From Candidatus Iainarchaeum sp. (GTDB taxonomy: Archaea > Iainarchaeota > Iainarchaeia > Iainarchaeales > DTGL01), in contig JAVYME010000016.1 in NCBI GenBank assembly GCA_038736825.1, positions 1 to 26,320 on the forward strand: a stretch of DNA of 26,320 nucleotides. Direction: 5' to 3'. Below the pieces are notes generated by a model. It ran no database searches. It was not told the DNA's origin and saw nothing but the letters and a program-made list of their open reading frames with translations. The position numbers and the translations under genes were made by a program. Below are positions 22,414-26,320 of the stretch, piece by piece (the first letter of the stretch is position 1; every line of letters starts with the position of its first letter).

Positions 22414-24120
22414 ATGTTTGAAATTTTAAGGGAAAAAATAGCGGCTTTTGCAGGCAAGATAAGCAAAAAAGCCGCTGAAAAACAACCAGAAAGCAGGGAA
22501 AGAATTCAGTACAAGGAAACCGGTTTGCCTGCAAGTGAAAAAAAGGAAATCACGGATTTTCATGAAAAGCCGCCTGCAGCCCAGTTTGAAGAAATTGTTT
22601 TGCCTGAAACAGCCAGAGTGCAGGCTGAAAAAAAACCGCCGGTTTCTGAAAAACCCCAGCTGGCTGAGGAAACCCCTGTTTTTGAAAAAAAAGTCGGGCT
22701 TTCTGAAAGCATTTCCAGAGTGAAGGAAAAACTTGAGAGAACAGCCAAGCAAGAACCAGAAAGCACTAGAGAAAGCGCCACCACAGAAAAAATTCCCGAA
22801 GTAGAGGAAAAACCAAGTATTTCAAAAAAAGAGGTTTTTGAAGAAAAAACAGCTGAACCGAAAGCCACGGTTCAAGAAGAATTCACTCTTTCAAAAATCA
22901 GTGGCTTGTGGGGTTCAATGGAAGTGCCTGCAAAAGAAGAAAAAACGCCAACTGAAAGCAGGGGGCAAGCTGAAGTTGCAGAAATTAAACCCCCTGAAGG
23001 GGAAACACCAGAAGGCAAAGTGGAAACACAAGAGAAAGCCTTGAAAGAAAAAACAAAACTGCCAGACATTCCTGAAATAAAAATGGCGCTAGAGAAAGCC
23101 AAGGCCAGCATGGCTTCAGTTTCACGAGAAGAAAAAAAGCCAGTGGAAAAAGAAAGCAAAGTTTTTGAAAAAACAGAGACAGTTAAAGCCGCAATACCGC
23201 CAAAACTTTCAGTTGCAGAAAAAAGAGAATTGAAAGCAAAAGTTGGTGCAATCAAGACCCTGAAAGGGGTTTTGCAAGGCTATGTTCAATTAGGCGAAAA
23301 AGAAATAAACAGCCTGCTTTTCGAGCTTGAATTGTCCTTGCTTGAAGCGGATGTCAACCAGCAAACCGCGACAGCGTTAGTTCAAAAAATAAGGGAACTG
23401 CTTGTAAGCGAAAAAATCCCGCGCGGAAACGAGGTAAACGCTTTCCTTAGCGGAAAAATAAGAGAAGCCCTGGTTGAAATAACCGCCACAGAAAAAGTAA
23501 ACCTTTTTGAATTGATTGAAAGATCCAAAAAACCATTCAAAATTCTTTTCCTTGGACCCAATGGTGCTGGCAAAACAACAACAATTGCAAAGCTCTCTTT
23601 TGCACTCCAGTTAACCGGCAAAACAGTTATTTGGGCGGCAGCGGACACCTTTCGCGCTGCATCAATTGAACAACTTGAAGAGCACGCAAAAAAACTCAAA
23701 ATAAGGGTTGTCAAGCACAAGTATGGAGCTGACCCAGCTGCAGTGGCATTTGATGCAGTAAAGGCAGCCGAAGCAAACCATATTGATGTTGTAATGGTTG
23801 ATTCAGCCGGACGCCAGGAAACCAACAAGAATTTAATAGAGGAATTGAAAAAAATAGACCGCGTTTTAAAGCCAGATTTCAAGATTTTTGTCGGGGAAGC
23901 ATTTGCAGGAAAAGGATTACTGGAACAAGCAAAGGCTTTTGATGAAGCCCTTTCACTTGACGGATTCATTTTAACAAAAATTGACACTGACGCAAAAGGC
24001 GGAACAGTGCTATCACTTTTATGCGAACTCAAAAAACCAGTTTTGTTCATTGGAACAGGCCAAAACTATGAAGACTTAGTGCCTTTCACTCCACAATACA
24101 TTATTGACAGAGTGGTTTGA
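22414..24120 (+). CDS. ftsY: Signal recognition particle receptor FtsY with a ~290-aa E/K/P-rich A-domain
   Basis: SRP GTPase NG domain: LFLGPNGAGKTTTIAKL (G1), DTFRAAS, DSAGRQ (G3), TKIDTDAKGG (G4), GTGQNYEDL. Confidence 0.95.
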   Translation: MFEILREKIAAFAGKISKKAAEKQPESRERIQYKETGLPASEKKEITDFHEKPPAAQFEEIVLPETARVQAEKKPPVSEKPQLAEETPVFEKKVGLSESISRVKEKLERTAKQEPESTRESATTEKIPEVEEKPSISKKEVFEEKTAEPKATVQEEFTLSKISGLWGSMEVPAKEEKTPTESRGQAEVAEIKPPEGETPEGKVETQEKALKEKTKLPDIPEIKMALEKAKASMASVSREEKKPVEKESKVFEKTETVKAAIPPKLSVAEKRELKAKVGAIKTLKGVLQGYVQLGEKEINSLLFELELSLLEADVNQQTATALVQKIRELLVSEKIPRGNEVNAFLSGKIREALVEITATEKVNLFELIERSKKPFKILFLGPNGAGKTTTIAKLSFALQLTGKTVIWAAADTFRAASIEQLEEHAKKLKIRVVKHKYGADPAAVAFDAVKAAEANHIDVVMVDSAGRQETNKNLIEELKKIDRVLKPDFKIFVGEAFAGKGLLEQAKAFDEALSLDGFILTKIDTDAKGGTVLSLLCELKKPVLFIGTGQNYEDLVPFTPQYIIDRVV

Positions 24121-25740
24121 TTACAAAGAGATAAGCCCAGAAAAAGCCAAAAGAGCAATTATTACTCCAATCAATCCCTCGCCAGCAATAATTCCTGCAG
24201 CAATTAGTCTTCCCTTTTCAGTCAACTTTTTTTTATCTGCATACAATCTAATCATTCCGCCAACAAAAAGCGGAAAGGACAAGGTTATTGGAGCATAAAG
24301 CCCTATTCCGAATGCAACCATGACAATGCCTGCCCTGAAAAGCAGTGTGAGCAGGATTGTTGCAATAAAACCAATTAAAATTCCAGCCAGCATTGGCAAT
24401 TCAATTGATTGAGCTGAAATTATGCCCTTTAAAGCAAACGCTTGAGGTGCAGGAAACATTGGCGAGCCAATTTGTGATTGCAATGCTGTCAAAACAAAGC
24501 CTAAAACCAGTGCTCCAGCAAACACTCCCAAAACTTGTGTTATGGTCTGGCTTTCAGGGCTTGCTTTCAATATATGCCCTGCTTTTAAGTCTTGCATGAA
24601 ATCACCGCCCATTCCAGCAGCAATGCACACAATTGCAGCCAAAACCACTAAAGACATTGCTTGAAAACCCAAAAACAGTTTCGCTATAAGAAGAACTATT
24701 ATGGCAAAAACCTCCATTGGATCCACATTCATTTCCCCGGTCGCCCTAGCCCCAATGTATGCCATGAAAAAAGCACCCACTATTGCCACAATTGAAAGCA
24801 ATGGGTCCAAGTTTACAGCAATAGCCACCAGCAATACCACCACTAAAACGCCAAAAAACCAAAACCTGTTCAATTGCCTTTTTTCAACCTTAAAGCCTTC
24901 AAGCATTTTTTTTAGTGCAGGCAATCCCTTCAAAATAAAATATGCAACCGCTGCACCAATTATCACTCCAATGCCCAAAGGCCCAGTTATTGAAGCAATT
25001 GCGCTTGCCTTGTCAGAAAAGGCATTGCTTGAAACCAGCCAAGGCACAATAAAAAAATTGCTTGTTATTGCCCCCAAAAACCAAACCCCGGTAAAAAGCG
25101 GTCCAATCAAAAAACCGCCAGCGAAAGCCACAAGCGAAACCCCAAAACCAAGAGAAAAATATTTTGAAAAACCCAGTTTTAGCGTGTCAAAACTTACAAG
25201 GGATGGAATTGCCTTAAAATAATCCCTAATGATTGCAAGCAAAGCGCCAATCCCGAAAGCCATTCCAAGCTTTTTCGCTTTCTCTCCACCCTCATCGCCT
25301 GCCTCCACAAGGGTTGCAGCTGCAACACCATCCGCAAAAGGCAGTTTTTCCCTTTCAATCATTTCCTTTCTTAACGGAACAGTGAACAGCACTCCAAGCA
25401 ATCCGCCAGACAACGCTATCAAAACAATCTCCATTGAACTGATTTTTATTCCCAAAAGATAAAGCGCTGGAATTGTAAAAATTATTCCAGCAGCAAGCAA
25501 TCCGCCAGTGCTTGCAGCAGTTTGTGCCACAATTATTTCCTGTTTTGAGGTTTTACCCAACAATTTCAGCAAAGCCATTGCCATAAGCGAAGTCGTAACA
25601 ATCGGCCAATACACTCCGCCAACCATTAAACCCAGATAAGCAGAATACATTGCCACAACAATTGAAAGCAAAAAACCAACCAAAACTGCTTTCAATGAAA
25701 CTTCACTTTGCTTCAAATTAGTGCCCCCAAAAGACACCAA
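24121..25740 (-). CDS. OPT-family oligopeptide transporter (multi-TM permease)
   Basis: About 14 predicted hydrophobic segments. The N-terminal SLKAVLVGFLLSIVVAMYSAYLGLMVGG matches the OPT superfamily N-terminal motif. TTG (25740) or GTG (25737) start. Confidence 0.75.
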   Translation of the reverse strand: MVSFGGTNLKQSEVSLKAVLVGFLLSIVVAMYSAYLGLMVGGVYWPIVTTSLMAMALLKLLGKTSKQEIIVAQTAASTGGLLAAGIIFTIPALYLLGIKISSMEIVLIALSGGLLGVLFTVPLRKEMIEREKLPFADGVAAATLVEAGDEGGEKAKKLGMAFGIGALLAIIRDYFKAIPSLVSFDTLKLGFSKYFSLGFGVSLVAFAGGFLIGPLFTGVWFLGAITSNFFIVPWLVSSNAFSDKASAIASITGPLGIGVIIGAAVAYFILKGLPALKKMLEGFKVEKRQLNRFWFFGVLVVVLLVAIAVNLDPLLSIVAIVGAFFMAYIGARATGEMNVDPMEVFAIIVLLIAKLFLGFQAMSLVVLAAIVCIAAGMGGDFMQDLKAGHILKASPESQTITQVLGVFAGALVLGFVLTALQSQIGSPMFPAPQAFALKGIISAQSIELPMLAGILIGFIATILLTLLFRAGIVMVAFGIGLYAPITLSFPLFVGGMIRLYADKKKLTEKGRLIAAGIIAGEGLIGVIIALLAFSGLISL

Positions 25741-25751
25741 TTTTATGCATT

Positions 25752-25798
25752 AAAGGTTTAAATACTGATTTGGTTTTACTCCAAGCAAAGGTTTAAAT
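25752..25798 (+). promoter_or_regulatory. Two copies of AAAGGTTTAAAT (BRE/TATA-like) 35 nt apart in the OPT / 25822 divergent intergenic region
   Basis: Exact 12-mers at 25752-25763 and 25787-25798. The second lies 24-35 nt upstream of ATG 25822, implying a leaderless transcript. Confidence 0.4.
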
Positions 25799-25821
25799 TT
25801 TCCAAAAACACTATTATTGGC

Positions 25822-26151
25822 ATGGCTAAAAAAATCACTAGAATTGCAAATGTAACAAGAGGATTTGCCAAAACCGCTAAACAAAAAGGCATTGCCAGCC
25901 GCAGGAAAGCGCTTGAAAAACACGCTAAAGCCGTCAGGGTTCAACTCAACAGCCTTTACAAGGAATTGGGTGAAGTTAGTGAACGCTTGAGAGATACCTC
26001 ATCAATGAAACCAAAAGAGCTAAAGCGTTTGCAGGAAAGATATGATGTTTTGAGGCACAGGCTGGCAAAATTAAGCAGAATACGGGTTAGAATTCAAGAC
26101 CAGCGAATACTGCTTGACAAGAGAGAAGCTCGATTCAAGGATTCAGACTGA
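25822..26151 (+). CDS. Hypothetical basic coiled-coil protein (109 aa)
   Basis: ATG start with a TATA-like element upstream. Heptad-like charged sequence (LNSLYKELGEVSERLRD..LKRLQERYDVLRHRLAKLSRIRVRIQDQ). No family recognised. Confidence 0.55.
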   Translation: MAKKITRIANVTRGFAKTAKQKGIASRRKALEKHAKAVRVQLNSLYKELGEVSERLRDTSSMKPKELKRLQERYDVLRHRLAKLSRIRVRIQDQRILLDKREARFKDSD

Positions 26152-26184
26152 AAGCAGCATTTCTTTTACTGAAATGGTTTTTTT

Positions 26185-26320
26185 ATGATAAAAAGAGCCC
26201 ATGGTTTTGGTAAAAAAGTCAAGCGTTTTACAAACCGTCAAAAAGCAAAAATTTATAGTGCCAGGGCGTTTGTGCTGGAAAGCCGTATTGCAGTAATCAA
26301 TGAAGAAATCCAAAGGCTTT
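26185..26320 (+). CDS. Hypothetical protein, N-terminal 45 aa only (runs off the right edge); possibly related to the preceding gene
   Basis: Absent from the ORF track. ATG 26185 opens MIKRAHGFGKKVKRFTNRQKAKIYSARAFVLESRIAVINEEIQRL with no stop to the window end. It weakly resembles the N-terminus of the 25822 protein (GF.K..K....R.KA). Confidence 0.4.
   Translation, partial: MIKRAHGFGKKVKRFTNRQKAKIYSARAFVLESRIAVINEEIQRL

Noticed and set aside
22414-23290. Possible tandem DNA repeat array or CRISPR-like periodicity in the FtsY A-domain and other E/K-rich tracts
   Set aside because: There are no exact repeat units with unique spacers. This is only compositional low complexity (GAA/AAA/CCx) inside a continuous reading frame. 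No CRISPR array exists anywhere in the window.
23382-25222. ORFs 23382..24050 (-) and 24701..25222 (+)
   Set aside because: They are antisense to the FtsY NG domain and the OPT transporter respectively. No motifs were found, and the partner strands have unambiguous family signatures.
1-26320. tRNA, rRNA, transposase/IS, integrase or prophage signatures
   Set aside because: A visual scan of all intergenic gaps found no cloverleaf-like GC-rich segments other than the SRP RNA. It also found no terminal inverted repeats flanking a transposase-like ORF. The only mobile elements are the two inteins.

Overview
Compact, AT-leaning archaeal chromosome segment. Archaeal markers are RadA, an RPA41-like ssDNA-binding protein, GGGP synthase, a 7S SRP RNA, and the conserved cluster S19e / PDCD5-like / L39e / L31e / aIF6 / LX / prefoldin alpha / FtsY. 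The lysine/glutamate-rich proteins and near-zero intergenic spacing suggest a small-genome (DPANN-like) archaeon, but that lineage call is inference only. I call 28 protein genes, two of them truncated by the window edges and absent from the ORF track, plus a 59-aa LX gene below the track's length cutoff and one ncRNA. No tRNA, rRNA, CRISPR array or transposase was seen by eye. Best candidate for something new is the left end (1-3400). A bacterial-type long RelA/SpoT homologue with a RelA-like signature (degenerate HD hydrolase, ExDD motif) sits divergent to a tpiA operon. The second gene of that operon encodes four CBS domains fused to a C-terminal domain that reads like the bacterial HPF/RaiA ribosome-hibernation fold. 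Together they suggest a possible alarmone/energy-sensing ribosome-silencing module in an archaeon. Other notable items: radA interrupted by two full-length LAGLIDADG inteins (1002 of 1323 codons are intein); an AbiEii/AbiEi-like pair in inverted gene order with a GTGA overlap and an inverted repeat bracketing its putative TATA box; K/E-rich tails on several translation proteins; a GH15 enzyme with a ~250-aa acidic disordered N-terminus; and a bacterial-type fused RibD. All homology statements come from motif recognition by eye, with no searches run.
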